The position numbers and the translations under genes are program-made. A DNA stretch of 64,000 bases. Origin: a virus. Every line of letters starts with the position of its first letter. The first letter of the stretch is position 1. The notes below the pieces were generated by a model. The model saw only the letters and a program-made list of their open reading frames with translations. It searched no databases and had not been told where the DNA came from. Shown here piece after piece: positions 35,886 to 46,114 of the stretch. The stretch spans positions 1-64,000 of the IMG/VR virus record IMGVR_UViG_3300026292_000602; one strand, given 5' to 3'.

Positions 35886-36848
35886 TTAATGAAGTCCGTT
35901 TGGAACTATTATATAATGTATTGCTAAAACTATTCCTACTGAAGCACCTAAGCCAATCATCATCTTAAAGAAGTCTTTTGCAATAAAAGGAAACACACCT
36001 TTGAACTTTGTTTTGTCTGTAAATGTAGCAATAGCAAGTTCACGTCCTGTTAACAATCCTACAAAGACCCAAGTAGTTGACATAGGTATATCGTTAATCT
36101 CTTTAAAGAATAAAAGTATTACAAAGTAAAACAAGTCTATAAGACAAGCACTTCTAACATATCTTGTATTGTGTTTCTCTATGACTATCTGTTGTATCTT
36201 ACCGCCACGTTCTCTAAACATATAACCTAGCCCTAGTACAAATATTAATGATACCATTATCATCATATCTATAGGAACTTGTCTAGGTAGGTAAACTGCT
36301 ATGTTGGCCATGTCATGACTTAACCAAGTCCACCACAATACTCCTGTGGTAATCCATTGTCCTACTCGCCAATATGCTTTATGACTTTCTTTAACTGAAG
36401 CAGACTCGTCCATCACTTTAGTAATACCGTACCATATAGCATAAGCTGATACACCTGCTACTGCATAACCCATCATGCTTTTCATAAGCATCTTCTCTAA
36501 TACAAATGTACTAGCGAAAGCACTTAATACTAAAAATGATGTACTTACTGGAACGCCTAGTCTTGTTAATATTAATAGTAGTCCTGGAGCGGCCGCATGA
36601 TACCATTGTACTTCCTGCCACGGTATCCTGTTCAGTCGTCCATATGAAATATCCCCTCCATTAGTATACCAACCATACCATAGAGCCCATAGCAGGACAG
36701 CACTTGCGGCTCCCCACATGATTTTCCAGTCATATCGTTCATTGTTGGATGCAATCCACGTACCTAGGGTTTGTACGGAATCGTTTGCGATGACGGAGTA
36801 GGCCGCGAATAAAAAGCCTATGGCCATCCATAGTGTTAATACTTCCAC
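35886..36848 (-). CDS. PiT/PHO4-related membrane transporter
   Basis: ANDS...GVPVSTS and HDMAN...IPMSTT internal repeat; many TM segments. Confidence 0.7.
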   Translation of the reverse strand: MEVLTLWMAIGFLFAAYSVIANDSVQTLGTWIASNNERYDWKIMWGAASAVLLWALWYGWYTNGGDISYGRLNRIPWQEVQWYHAAAPGLLLILTRLGVPVSTSFLVLSAFASTFVLEKMLMKSMMGYAVAGVSAYAIWYGITKVMDESASVKESHKAYWRVGQWITTGVLWWTWLSHDMANIAVYLPRQVPIDMMIMVSLIFVLGLGYMFRERGGKIQQIVIEKHNTRYVRSACLIDLFYFVILLFFKEINDIPMSTTWVFVGLLTGRELAIATFTDKTKFKGVFPFIAKDFFKMMIGLGASVGIVLAIHYIIVPNGLH

Positions 36849-37049
36849 ATATACTCCTGTCTGAAGTTCGTATTCAAATATTAATTTACACTCTTATTTA
36901 CGTAAAGTCAAGAAAAGTTTTGTTGCAGTTTGATTACAATGTTGCCAAAAGTCATTAGTTACAAATTTGCAATTCAGAGTTGCAAAAAAAGTGTAGCTTA
37001 TTTGCTCAACTAACGCACAGATTTTATACGCAGATTATAAATAGCTATG

Positions 37050-37239
37050 TCGACGCAAGAGCTTGTCAAGTTTTTCCGATGACACACATACACACTGGGA
37101 TTGACCAGGGAGTTGAGAGCACTCCTAAAATAGCAAATGACGATGTCCAAAGTGACATTGACGGTGGAAAAGACCACTGACGCCTAGAAAAGACTAGGGG
37201 TATTGCTTTCCTTAAGCATCCATGATATAGGAGATAAAA
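37050..37239 (+). ncRNA. Structured leader or sRNA with a tandem hairpin array
   Basis: About six short hairpins after a TATAAATA motif (37036), three of them with a UGACG-stem-(A/C)AAAG(A/U) consensus. Confidence 0.55.
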
Positions 37240-37440
37240 ATGTCACACTTTTGGAGTGGCCTTGTGTCTTGGATGAATCACAAGTCTGTGAGTAATAGAC
37301 GAAGTGAAGAGTTTGAGAAATGGGCCAAAACTGAATATAAGAACGATTGGTACTATGCATATAATCATATGTTAGCCACCAATGGTAAACCACCCAAAAC
37401 TACACTTGAACTTAGAAAGGATTATGTCAAATGCTTATAA
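37240..37440 (+). CDS. Hypothetical protein
   Basis: AGGAG SD. Confidence 0.7.
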   Translation: MSHFWSGLVSWMNHKSVSNRRSEEFEKWAKTEYKNDWYYAYNHMLATNGKPPKTTLELRKDYVKCL

Positions 37441-37682
37441 TTAGACGTATAGTAAACTTTTGTGAGATAGTAGGCTACGCCAGAGCGGCTAGTGAATTAT
37501 CACGCCAAGGGTTTCATGATGAAGCTAAACACTTATTAATTAAGAAACTTGAGCTTCAAACTAAAAAAGAAACAGCGATTGTACGTTTAGAGAAGTTAAA
37601 AGCTATTAAGCGAAGTTATGATCCTTCAAAACATTATTTGAGAGGCAAACAAGTTGCTTTTTGGAAAGGTAAGGCGGCGTAA
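37431..37682 (+). CDS. Hypothetical protein (GYARAASELSRQG motif)
   Basis: Coupled ORF. Confidence 0.7.
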   Translation: MLIIRRIVNFCEIVGYARAASELSRQGFHDEAKHLLIKKLELQTKKETAIVRLEKLKAIKRSYDPSKHYLRGKQVAFWKGKAA

Positions 37683-37683
37683 T

Positions 37684-37737
37684 ATGTGGCCTTATACTAA
37701 CGAAGAAGCCGAATGGCTATCAGGTAAGAAAAAATAA
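37684..37737 (+). CDS. 17-aa peptide MWPYTNEEAEWLSGKKK
   Basis: ATG 1 nt after the previous stop and before the terminator. Confidence 0.5.
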   Translation: MWPYTNEEAEWLSGKKK

Positions 37738-37758
37738 ATTTATTTGTGTAAATTGAAT

Positions 37759-37790
37759 ATAGGGCAGTAGAAATACTGCCCTATTTTTTT
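37759..37790 (+). terminator. Intrinsic terminator
   Basis: AUAGGGCAGUA-GAAA-UACUGCCCUAU followed by a U-tract. Confidence 0.85.
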
Positions 37791-37797
37791 GATTAGA

Positions 37798-37908
37798 TTA
37801 TTGTGCTACTTCTGGAGCAGGTTGACCTGTCCACATAGTATATCCGAATATAATTACAACTACTGCAACTGCTATCCAGAACTTTTTTGATTTCATCATG
37901 TCTTTCAT
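37798..37908 (-). CDS. Small single-TM protein (36 aa)
   Basis: MKDMMKSKKFWIAVAVVVIIFG... Confidence 0.55.
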   Translation of the reverse strand: MKDMMKSKKFWIAVAVVVIIFGYTMWTGQPAPEVAQ

Positions 37909-37974
37909 GTTTTTCCCCTATAAGATAAAAAAAGGAGCAGTAAAACTACTGCCCCTAAATTAATTTAAGTTAAA

Positions 37975-38580
37975 TTAAAACGATACTGAAAATCCTACTG
38001 AAGCTTCAGTGTCTGTGGCGTTCCAATCCTTATCCATCTCTCTGTTAACACTCACTCTGATTGAGCTTGTTTCACTCAATGAAATTGAAGTTCCAACAGA
38101 TGCGTATGAATCAGCTTGGTCAAAGTCTCTGTAATCACCTTCAAGTGATTTCCAGTCATAACCTAATTCAACGAATGGTGTAAGGTTTGTACCCATTGAT
38201 GTTTCAGCACCAACGAACGGAGATAATCTCAACTCGTCTTTAGCCATTGTGTCACCAGTGGTAAAGTGAACGTCACCACCACCGTATACATTCATACTGC
38301 CAATTGTGCCTAAATCTTTTTCGCCACCAGCTGTATATCTGTAATCAGTGTTAGTTCCATCATCGATGTAAGCAACACCTACGTCAATAGTGTTACCGTT
38401 AGTGTGGATTTCAATAACTTGAGCATTATCGGCAAAATCACGAGTCGCTCCAGTACCAATTGAAAGTCCATATTTTTCTCCCTCAGCACTCATTGAGTAA
38501 CCAGTATTATCATAGTTCTTTGATAACGCCGGAAAACTAAACAATGCAAGAGAGAGCATTACAAATAATAATTTTTTCAT
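37975..38580 (-). CDS. Outer-membrane beta-barrel protein
   Basis: Signal peptide, amphipathic beta strands, C-terminal ASVGFSVSF beta-signal. Confidence 0.75.
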   Translation of the reverse strand: MKKLLFVMLSLALFSFPALSKNYDNTGYSMSAEGEKYGLSIGTGATRDFADNAQVIEIHTNGNTIDVGVAYIDDGTNTDYRYTAGGEKDLGTIGSMNVYGGGDVHFTTGDTMAKDELRLSPFVGAETSMGTNLTPFVELGYDWKSLEGDYRDFDQADSYASVGTSISLSETSSIRVSVNREMDKDWNATDTEASVGFSVSF

Positions 38581-38742
38581 TATTATATTTCTCCTTAAGT
38601 CTTACTTTAATAAATTATATAAGTTATTGTTTGTGAGGATTTCTTGAAAACATCTTCACTACTATTTAGCCTATATAATATTTCGGCTGTGGCAAGATGG
38701 TTATTACCCGCTCGCCACAACCTGTTTTAGATTGTTCTTATA

Positions 38743-38976
38743 TTATTTTTTTGTGTAAATTGAATATAGAACCCAAACTGCAACTAACCCAACTAAACCT
38801 TGTGCTGAGAAACCTGCAATTATTTGTTGAACGTTAGAAATAACGCTAATGTTTGGCCAGAACGGTATGTTCTGTCCAGAAAATAGAACTTCTAGTACTA
38901 TTCCTAATGCAAGTAAACTAACACCTACATCAGCTAATGCTGAAGCCCAATTTTTTACTTTAGTTAAGATATCCAT
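38743..38976 (-). CDS. Small two-TM membrane protein
   Basis: Hydrophobic helices, AGGAG SD. Confidence 0.75.
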   Translation of the reverse strand: MDILTKVKNWASALADVGVSLLALGIVLEVLFSGQNIPFWPNISVISNVQQIIAGFSAQGLVGLVAVWVLYSIYTKK

Positions 38977-39179
38977 ATGGATCTCCTTTCTAACTGTTAT
39001 ACAAATTCACTCTAACGTGAATTCGTGTAATATTTAAATACCAAATTCTCGAAGTAAACTGACCATAAATGGTCTAAGGTATCAGTTTTGGTGATCTAAA
39101 TTGTTGATTTTTATAAATAAAAGTGTTATATTAGTATATAATATAGCAACACACACAAACACAGAAAAAGGAGACAGCT

Positions 39180-39470
39180 ATGTCAAATCAGAAAGATAAT
39201 GTATCATCTAAGGTACAATTCAATAAAAACGGATACGAAATAAGAACAGATGTTTTGGAGATGGCCAAACAGTTCACAGAATTTGAATTTTCAAACAAGT
39301 GGATGGGCTGGGAACAAACAACTAAACGTAACAAGGAGACAGGCCAATTGGAAATTAATGTCAAGATGCCTGATGTTCCAACAACTGATCAAGTTTTGGA
39401 AAATGCGGAGAAGTTTTACAATTTCGTAAACGGTAATCCAAAAGAAGAAACAAGCAACAAGAAAGACTAA
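39180..39470 (+). CDS. Conserved hypothetical phage protein (KNGYEIR motif)
   Basis: Strong SD, CA-rich leader. Confidence 0.75.
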   Translation: MSNQKDNVSSKVQFNKNGYEIRTDVLEMAKQFTEFEFSNKWMGWEQTTKRNKETGQLEINVKMPDVPTTDQVLENAEKFYNFVNGNPKEETSNKKD

Positions 39471-39671
39471 CGAAGAACAAAGGACCAACGGTATATTAGC
39501 ATAATGACTAAAGAACTTTTATTAACGCCAACGTAGTAAAGACACGTAGGCATACGACTTAAAAAACAGAATGCAAACCTACTCATAGAGAGGTCTATAT
39601 ATACATATAAAGGCGGGAGGCCTGTTTCATTTACTTGGAGCAGGCCTTTAATTTTCTATAAGTATTTAACT

Positions 39672-40490
39672 ATGGGAACACGCGGTATTAGTTCATTAAA
39701 TAAAAAACAACAAGCTGAATTATTTGCTAAACTTACTTCAGCAAGGTCAGACATTAAAGACATACGAGCAACTAAAACACAGCTCAACAATCCCCCTATA
39801 AACTTATCTAACAACGAACTATTCGAAGAATATGTAAAAGATTTATCGTGGAAACCTATGCAGAATCACGGCCTAAATGATTCTAAGATTGTACTTAATG
39901 CAGAAGACATGGATTGGCCAATGCAAGTCAGGGCTTACCTTAACCTAGTTAAAGACGTAGATATAAGTGCTAAACGTATCGTTGATATGGGTTGTGGTTG
40001 GGGTCGCGGTGTTAATACTATTGCAAAATATCACAATGTTAGTATAACAGGTATTGACAACGAAGAACAATGTATTGAATATGCTAGACAACATTATCCA
40101 CAACAAAGATTCCTACAAGGCGAAGAACTAAACCAACAATACGATATTATACTATCGATGTGTTCAGCTCACTTGTTATTTGAAAAGGGGTTCTTTAATA
40201 CAAAGTATAATAGTACAATTATTGTTAGCGACTTCTTTGATAGAACTAGTATCAATGAGTTTAAAGATGCAGTTGAAAAGAATTATACAATAGAATTAGA
40301 AGAAGATCAAACACAAGAAACAATTTCAGCTATGGAATATGATATAGCAACTATTGATGGTAGGTTCAAGGATACAATACCACAAGAAGCAATTAATATT
40401 TTTAGAGATATTCAACAAAGCAGACTCCATTTATTTAGAATGGGTGGGCAAAGACAATATAAATATATACTATATGCTAAAATGGTTTAA
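39672..40490 (+). CDS. Class I SAM-dependent methyltransferase
   Basis: IVDMGCGWG, ITGID. Confidence 0.88.
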   Translation: MGTRGISSLNKKQQAELFAKLTSARSDIKDIRATKTQLNNPPINLSNNELFEEYVKDLSWKPMQNHGLNDSKIVLNAEDMDWPMQVRAYLNLVKDVDISAKRIVDMGCGWGRGVNTIAKYHNVSITGIDNEEQCIEYARQHYPQQRFLQGEELNQQYDIILSMCSAHLLFEKGFFNTKYNSTIIVSDFFDRTSINEFKDAVEKNYTIELEEDQTQETISAMEYDIATIDGRFKDTIPQEAINIFRDIQQSRLHLFRMGGQRQYKYILYAKMV

Positions 40491-40683
40491 AGTTTTAAAA
40501 GATTTTTGGAAACAATGCGATCAAGTCAGTAAAGAATTGCACCAGAATGGCTATCAAGTCCACTATCATCACGGAGGAGTGTTTGTTCATCATATAGAGC
40601 CTCCAAAGAAAACTACCCACATAAATACTACAGATGATAGACTTAACAAAGTTCAAAGAAAAGATACAAGAACTAAAAGATAA
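40474..40683 (+). CDS. Hypothetical protein
   Basis: Fills the gap between the methyltransferase and hemA. Confidence 0.5.
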   Translation: MLKWFKVLKDFWKQCDQVSKELHQNGYQVHYHHGGVFVHHIEPPKKTTHINTTDDRLNKVQRKDTRTKR

Positions 40684-41812
40684 CGGTAATTACCGTGTCT
40701 TTAACGATATACTCCGCGAGAGGGGAGATTATCCCAATGCGATATGGTACGGGAAGTACGCAATTAAAAACATTGTAAATTGGTGTTCTAATGATTATCT
40801 TGGAATGGGACAACACAAAGTGGTGCTCGATGCCATGCATACCGCCCTTGATCAAACAGGTGCCGGTTCGGGTGGAACTAGAAACATCGCTGGAACAAGT
40901 CATTATCATGTAGCACTAGAGCACGAGTTAGCCAAATTGCATAGCAAACAGTCAGCTCTACTCTTTACATCAGCTTATGTGGCAAATGAATGGTCACTAA
41001 TTGCTTTGAAACGTATCATTCCCGACATTGTGTTTTTAAGTGATAGCAAGAATCATGCTTCTTTAATACAAGGAATAAGACACAGTGGTGCTGAAAAGAA
41101 AATTTTCAAGCACAATGATCTAGAGCAATTAGAGGAACTACTGCGAGACGTCAAAGGAACACCTTGCATAGTCTTTGAGTCCGTGTATAGCATGGATGGA
41201 TACGTCAGTAAATTACCAGAAATTGTTGCATTGGCTAAGAAGTACAATGCCATCACGTACCTCGACGAGGTTCACGCCGTTGGCCTGTATGGTGAAACAG
41301 GTGCTGGATATTCAGCAAAGCTAAGATCACAGGATCAAATCGACATACTGAATGGCACATTAGGTAAAGCCTTTGGAGTTCAGGGCGGATACATAGCAGG
41401 GAAGTCTGACGTTATAGACGCAATTCGTTCTGTCTCCTCTGGCTTTATTTTTACAACATCAATGAGTCCAGTTATTTGTGCAGGAGCATTGGCAAGTGTC
41501 AAGTACTTAAAAGATCACAACGACCTAAGAGAAAAACATCAAGAACGTGCTAAAAGATTAAAGAATTTATTTAGAAACAGAGGAATTCCAATAATGGAGA
41601 ACGAAACACACATTGTTCCGGTTACTGTGGGCGATGCCAAAAAGTGTAAACAGATTAGTGATGAATTAATAAATGAATATGGAATATATGTTCAGGCAAT
41701 AAATTATCCAACTGTTGATGTAGGCACAGAACGTCTACGTTTTGCTCCGACTCCATTCCACACGAATGCAATGATGCATTCACTATGCGATGCTCTAGAA
41801 AAAGTATTGTAG
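40634..41812 (+). CDS. hemA: 5-aminolevulinate synthase
   Basis: WCSNDYLGMG, GSGGTRNI, NHAS, DEVHAVG, GTLGKAFG, INYPTV. Confidence 0.96.
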   Translation: MIDLTKFKEKIQELKDNGNYRVFNDILRERGDYPNAIWYGKYAIKNIVNWCSNDYLGMGQHKVVLDAMHTALDQTGAGSGGTRNIAGTSHYHVALEHELAKLHSKQSALLFTSAYVANEWSLIALKRIIPDIVFLSDSKNHASLIQGIRHSGAEKKIFKHNDLEQLEELLRDVKGTPCIVFESVYSMDGYVSKLPEIVALAKKYNAITYLDEVHAVGLYGETGAGYSAKLRSQDQIDILNGTLGKAFGVQGGYIAGKSDVIDAIRSVSSGFIFTTSMSPVICAGALASVKYLKDHNDLREKHQERAKRLKNLFRNRGIPIMENETHIVPVTVGDAKKCKQISDELINEYGIYVQAINYPTVDVGTERLRFAPTPFHTNAMMHSLCDALEKVL

Positions 41813-41829
41813 CAACACGAAAGAAAACA

Positions 41830-42249
41830 ATGAATAAAATAAAGAAGTATATGTATATGGGAATAGGTTTCCTGTGTGTGGGTATTGCTTACATAGGATT
41901 TATTACTCCTGGCATACCATTTAGTATATTCTTAGTCATTGCCGCTTGGGCATTTGCCAAAAGTTCTCCACGTATGGAGGCTTGGTTATATAATCACCCT
42001 TGGTTTGGCAAGTTTCTAACTAACTGGACTAAGAAAAGAGTATTCCCTACTAAAGGGAAATATGCAATGATTCTAGTCATGGCATCAACCTTGGTGTTTA
42101 CCTGGTTCGCAACAGAGAATCTTAAAGCTATTATGTGGAGCGGAGGCTTTATGGCACTCGTGGCTATATGGGCTTGGAGATACCCCGGCTCTGTCGAGGA
42201 ACACTCACGTAGAATAAAAGCAGGCGAAAAAGTTGCCTGGTTAAAGTAA
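41830..42249 (+). CDS. DUF454 / YbaN family membrane protein
   Basis: G...PG.P...F...A..AF.KSSPR...WL..HP.FG. Confidence 0.88.
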   Translation: MNKIKKYMYMGIGFLCVGIAYIGFITPGIPFSIFLVIAAWAFAKSSPRMEAWLYNHPWFGKFLTNWTKKRVFPTKGKYAMILVMASTLVFTWFATENLKAIMWSGGFMALVAIWAWRYPGSVEEHSRRIKAGEKVAWLK

Positions 42250-42495
42250 AGAGTATTTCTTTAACTTTTTAATTAAATTAGTCCTGCCAATGCCTAATGC
42301 AATGGCTGTTTTTGTTCTATTACCATCATAATGAGCAAGGTTATCTTCAATAGCCCTGCGTTCTAGTTTTTCTAATTCTTCAGGTAATGTTTTTTCTTGA
42401 AAATCGGGACCTGTAAACCACTTATCGAATTCATCAACGATTTCGTTCTGTTCACGGTAGTTTTTAGCTAGATCTGTCCACGAGATTTTAGACAT
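42241..42495 (-). CDS. Fis-type HTH DNA-binding protein
   Basis: LE...I..L....GNRTKTA.ALGI.R..L..KLKKY. Confidence 0.85.
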   Translation of the reverse strand: MSKISWTDLAKNYREQNEIVDEFDKWFTGPDFQEKTLPEELEKLERRAIEDNLAHYDGNRTKTAIALGIGRTNLIKKLKKYSLL

Positions 42496-42658
42496 AATGC
42501 CTCCTTAATATGTGCCTCTAAGGGTCGCTAATAATATTTAGTCTATTAAGTACGCATTTAAATTAAATAGGTACTAAACGGTGTAACTTTTGTTACATCT
42601 GATAAATAATAATACGAAGGGCACAACTCTACCAGATTAGGGATTACACGGAAAATAT

Positions 42659-43210
42659 ATGAAAATTAAAATGTTAAAACTTATATTGACAGTAGCAATA
42701 CTTGGTTTATTTACGAGCAACCTAGCTTATGCTGAAAATACAGTAACATCTACTGTTACAGGAACAACAACTGTCGATAAGACTCCACCAACTGCATCAG
42801 CACCAAACGTAATGATTAATAATCAAGATGTTTGTTCAACTGGTACAAGTGCCGCAGTACAAACCCAGGTGTTTGGTATTGCAGGTGGAACTACAATAAG
42901 AGACTTAAACTGTGAAAGACTGAAACTATCTAGATCATTATATGGTATGGGTATGAAGGTTGCGGCGGTCAGTCTATTATGTCAAGATGCACGAGTATTT
43001 AATGCTATGGAAATGGCAGGAACACCTTGTCCGTATAAAGGAAAGATTGGTATTGAGGCCGCTAAGGCTTGGGCTGAAAATCCAGAGAAACGTCCTGATT
43101 ATGAGAAATGGTTAAAAGAAAATGATCTTGAAGCATACGAAAAAGAATGGAAGAATAAGGCAACTACTTGGAGCATCGGTATTGGTGCTATTCTGTTGCT
43201 TTTACTCTAA
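42659..43210 (+). CDS. Secreted/membrane protein typical of marine phages
   Basis: Signal peptide; PPTASAP..QDVC..NCERLKL..GMKVAAVSLLCQD. Confidence 0.75.
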   Translation: MKIKMLKLILTVAILGLFTSNLAYAENTVTSTVTGTTTVDKTPPTASAPNVMINNQDVCSTGTSAAVQTQVFGIAGGTTIRDLNCERLKLSRSLYGMGMKVAAVSLLCQDARVFNAMEMAGTPCPYKGKIGIEAAKAWAENPEKRPDYEKWLKENDLEAYEKEWKNKATTWSIGIGAILLLLL

Positions 43211-45188
43211 TCCAACCCTAGCATACGATCAACAATATACAGTCGGAGGCACAGGACCCAATGGCGGTGTTGTAACTTCTGTGGCTGTAACTAGTGAAGT
43301 TACAGGAACTTCTACTTCACAGGTTGGTGATAACTTAGAAACTATTACTACAAACAAATATACAGAAACAGTTGTAGAAAATGTAACTACAACTAACCAA
43401 ATAACTCAAACGGTCATTACTGTAACTGAAGAAGATAAGTCTACAGGTGATATTATTACAAGTTCTAACCTTAATAGTACTGGAGTAAACAGTCCAGCTA
43501 ATGCTAAAGTAAATTGTCAATACGGTGATCCAAGTGCCCCGCAATACGGAGTTTTTTATAATGATCCAGCAGGTTGTGGACGACATACTGCCGCTTGGGA
43601 CGACCTTCATGTTAAACAAGGTCCAGGGTCACACGTATATACAACTGACATGGATCATTGGATGACTCAGGAGGAAATGAATTATGGCTTTAGTGCTACT
43701 GCTAATGCAGAAATTAGAGATTCCTATCCCAACACAACTAACCCTACAACTTTTACAATTTCGTTAAAACTTTATGATCCAGACACAGGTGCTAATACAA
43801 TAGAAACTAATACTTGGAACATAACGCACTCCTCCCACCAAACATATAGTACAACTTTAGATATTACTACTAATACCTATGGTGAAAATTCACAGCTAAT
43901 AGCAACATACCTTGCACAAGATCCAAGTTGGTCTACTCAGTACGGAAATCATGGCTGGTCCACAGATGTAGAAAACTTTAACCTGATCTTAACTTATGAT
44001 GTAATAGAATCAGTAGTACAAACAATTAATCAGACTATTGTAAATAGTGTAAGTTCTGCTTTAGAAACAATAGAAAATGACACTTCTTTAGTTTATAGTC
44101 CTATTATACAACCAGGTACAGATACAAATACAACTCCAATGACACAACCAGTTGAGTCATTTGAAGTAGAAATAGCTAGTACCGAAGGTAGTGGAATGAA
44201 TTTAGAATTCACTGTTGAGGTTGACGAAACAGCTGGTAATGTAAATGTTGAGATGGCTTCAACAAACTTAGAAACAGGTGTAGTTACAATTGATGCAGTT
44301 GCGTCAATAAGTTTAGATTTTAGTGCTGACTCAGGTGGAACAACAACAACTGAAATGCAAGTTGAAGTGGCAACTGTTGAAGCATCAGTTGGAGCACAGG
44401 TAGGTGGAGCAATTGAAAGTGCAGTTGCAGAAGCAACAACTGAAATGCAAGTTGCAGAAGCAACAACTGAATCAACATCAACAGAATCAACAACGTCGGC
44501 GACAAGTGAGGTAAGTACAAGTGAGGGGAATAATAATGAGTCGTCAACGCAAGAGAATGTTTCCGAAAGCGAAAGCTCAGAGAGTACAGAAACGTCTGAG
44601 TCGTCAACAGAAAACGTACAAGAGTCCAGTGAAAATGCTGAACAGCCAGTGGAAAGTAGTAACAGTGAATCAGAGGAATCAGCAGAGGGAGATACTGACG
44701 CTGATGGAGATTCCAGTGAATCAGAAACCGAATCCGAAACCGAAGATACAGGAAATACAGAATCCGACGGGGACAAAGACGAATCTTCTTCCAGGGGAGA
44801 AAAGTCTGAAGGAAAAGACGGAGATTCTAAATCAGACAAAAATAACAAGGGGAAAAACGAAAAATCCAAGTCTGAGAAGAAAAAGATTATAGCAAAGAAA
44901 GTAGAAGAAGCTAAACAGAAGATTGCTACTAAAATACTAGCCGCAATGGCAGATACTTATAGTGCTATTAACGAAACAACTAAAATTGCACTTATATCTA
45001 GCTTAACAGATACTAAATCATTCAAAGCATATCTAGACAAACAAAATTCATTACCATTAGATTGGTATACTGATGTGCAAGTATATCAAGATATGCCTAT
45101 GCTATTAGATCCAGCAGGCATACTATATGATATGGCACAAGACAAAATTATGGACGAAATGATCATGATGCAATACGATTTGAACTAA
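43122..45188 (+). CDS. Large secreted protein with Ser/Glu/Thr low-complexity region
   Basis: Signal-like N-terminus, acidic linker; start uncertain. Confidence 0.75.
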   Translation: MILKHTKKNGRIRQLLGASVLVLFCCFYSNPTLAYDQQYTVGGTGPNGGVVTSVAVTSEVTGTSTSQVGDNLETITTNKYTETVVENVTTTNQITQTVITVTEEDKSTGDIITSSNLNSTGVNSPANAKVNCQYGDPSAPQYGVFYNDPAGCGRHTAAWDDLHVKQGPGSHVYTTDMDHWMTQEEMNYGFSATANAEIRDSYPNTTNPTTFTISLKLYDPDTGANTIETNTWNITHSSHQTYSTTLDITTNTYGENSQLIATYLAQDPSWSTQYGNHGWSTDVENFNLILTYDVIESVVQTINQTIVNSVSSALETIENDTSLVYSPIIQPGTDTNTTPMTQPVESFEVEIASTEGSGMNLEFTVEVDETAGNVNVEMASTNLETGVVTIDAVASISLDFSADSGGTTTTEMQVEVATVEASVGAQVGGAIESAVAEATTEMQVAEATTESTSTESTTSATSEVSTSEGNNNESSTQENVSESESSESTETSESSTENVQESSENAEQPVESSNSESEESAEGDTDADGDSSESETESETEDTGNTESDGDKDESSSRGEKSEGKDGDSKSDKNNKGKNEKSKSEKKKIIAKKVEEAKQKIATKILAAMADTYSAINETTKIALISSLTDTKSFKAYLDKQNSLPLDWYTDVQVYQDMPMLLDPAGILYDMAQDKIMDEMIMMQYDLN

Positions 45189-45206
45189 ATACAAACGGAG
45201 AAAAAT

Positions 45207-45677
45207 ATGGCAGAAATAGAATATAAGGGCATAAAAGTTGGTGGTAGTAAACTATTATTAGTACTGCCATTAGTAGGTACTATTATTGGTGGTCTTTGGG
45301 GAGGCTTTGAGCTTTTCAATAGATACCAAATGATGGAAGAAAAGATTAATACCTATGTTGCTCCTGATTTAAGCACCTTTGATAAGAAGTTAGCAACTGT
45401 ACAAGCAGAGCTTGATATGGTACTAGAAGAAGTAACACTAGTGGCTGATGTAGCCAAAGAGCTTAAAAACGACTTACGTGGTGATGTAAGACGTATCGAA
45501 AAGATCGTAGAAGATGTTGAAAGTAGAGTTAAGAACGACAGTAGAGAACTTAACACAGACATCAGCGATGCAATTAAAGACATCAAACAAGAAATGGCTG
45601 ACCTTGAAGCGAAGATCGAAAAGCAAATTAAAACTGCTTTAGAAAATCCTTTAAGTAATATGGCTACTACGAAGTAA
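45207..45677 (+). CDS. TM-anchored coiled-coil protein
   Basis: MAEIEYKGIKVGG, one TM segment, heptads. Confidence 0.75.
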   Translation: MAEIEYKGIKVGGSKLLLVLPLVGTIIGGLWGGFELFNRYQMMEEKINTYVAPDLSTFDKKLATVQAELDMVLEEVTLVADVAKELKNDLRGDVRRIEKIVEDVESRVKNDSRELNTDISDAIKDIKQEMADLEAKIEKQIKTALENPLSNMATTK

Positions 45678-45686
45678 CTTTAAACT

Positions 45687-46088
45687 TTACGTACCGCTAT
45701 TAGGATTAACTGGGGTAATACCTATCCCATTCTGTAAGACACAGGCTCCATTAGTTTCTGGAAATAAAGCAACTAAAGTCCAAGTTAATGTTCTAGTATT
45801 CATAAACATAACTCCTGGCTGTTTTAGTATTGATCCACCTGGTATTTGAATTGATACTTCCATCTGTAAGAAGGGCACTTCTTCGTACCTTTTAATCATA
45901 TCTAATGTTGCTTCTGCACTACTACAATCAATTAGCATAGGCAATTTTTGAAATGGCCCTGCTTCAGGTTGTGGTCCTAGTTCAGGTGTTGGTGTTGGAT
46001 TAACATTATCTTCTTCGTCTGTATGACTGGCTAATGCACTAAATGATATGGTGGACACTAGAAATAGTATTGTTAAGAATTTAAACAT
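45687..46088 (-). CDS. Secreted hypothetical protein
   Basis: Signal peptide, AGGAGG SD. Confidence 0.7.
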   Translation of the reverse strand: MFKFLTILFLVSTISFSALASHTDEEDNVNPTPTPELGPQPEAGPFQKLPMLIDCSSAEATLDMIKRYEEVPFLQMEVSIQIPGGSILKQPGVMFMNTRTLTWTLVALFPETNGACVLQNGIGITPVNPNSGT

Positions 46089-46114
46089 GGTAATATACCT
46101 CCTACGTATATTTC

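Noticed and set aside
37138-37198. Hairpin array read as a CRISPR array
   Set aside because: Units are about 20 nt and the variable parts are self-complementary stems, not spacers
44340-44470. Direct repeat CAACAACTGAAATGCAAGTTG
   Set aside because: In-frame coding duplication (TTEMQV) within a low-complexity linker
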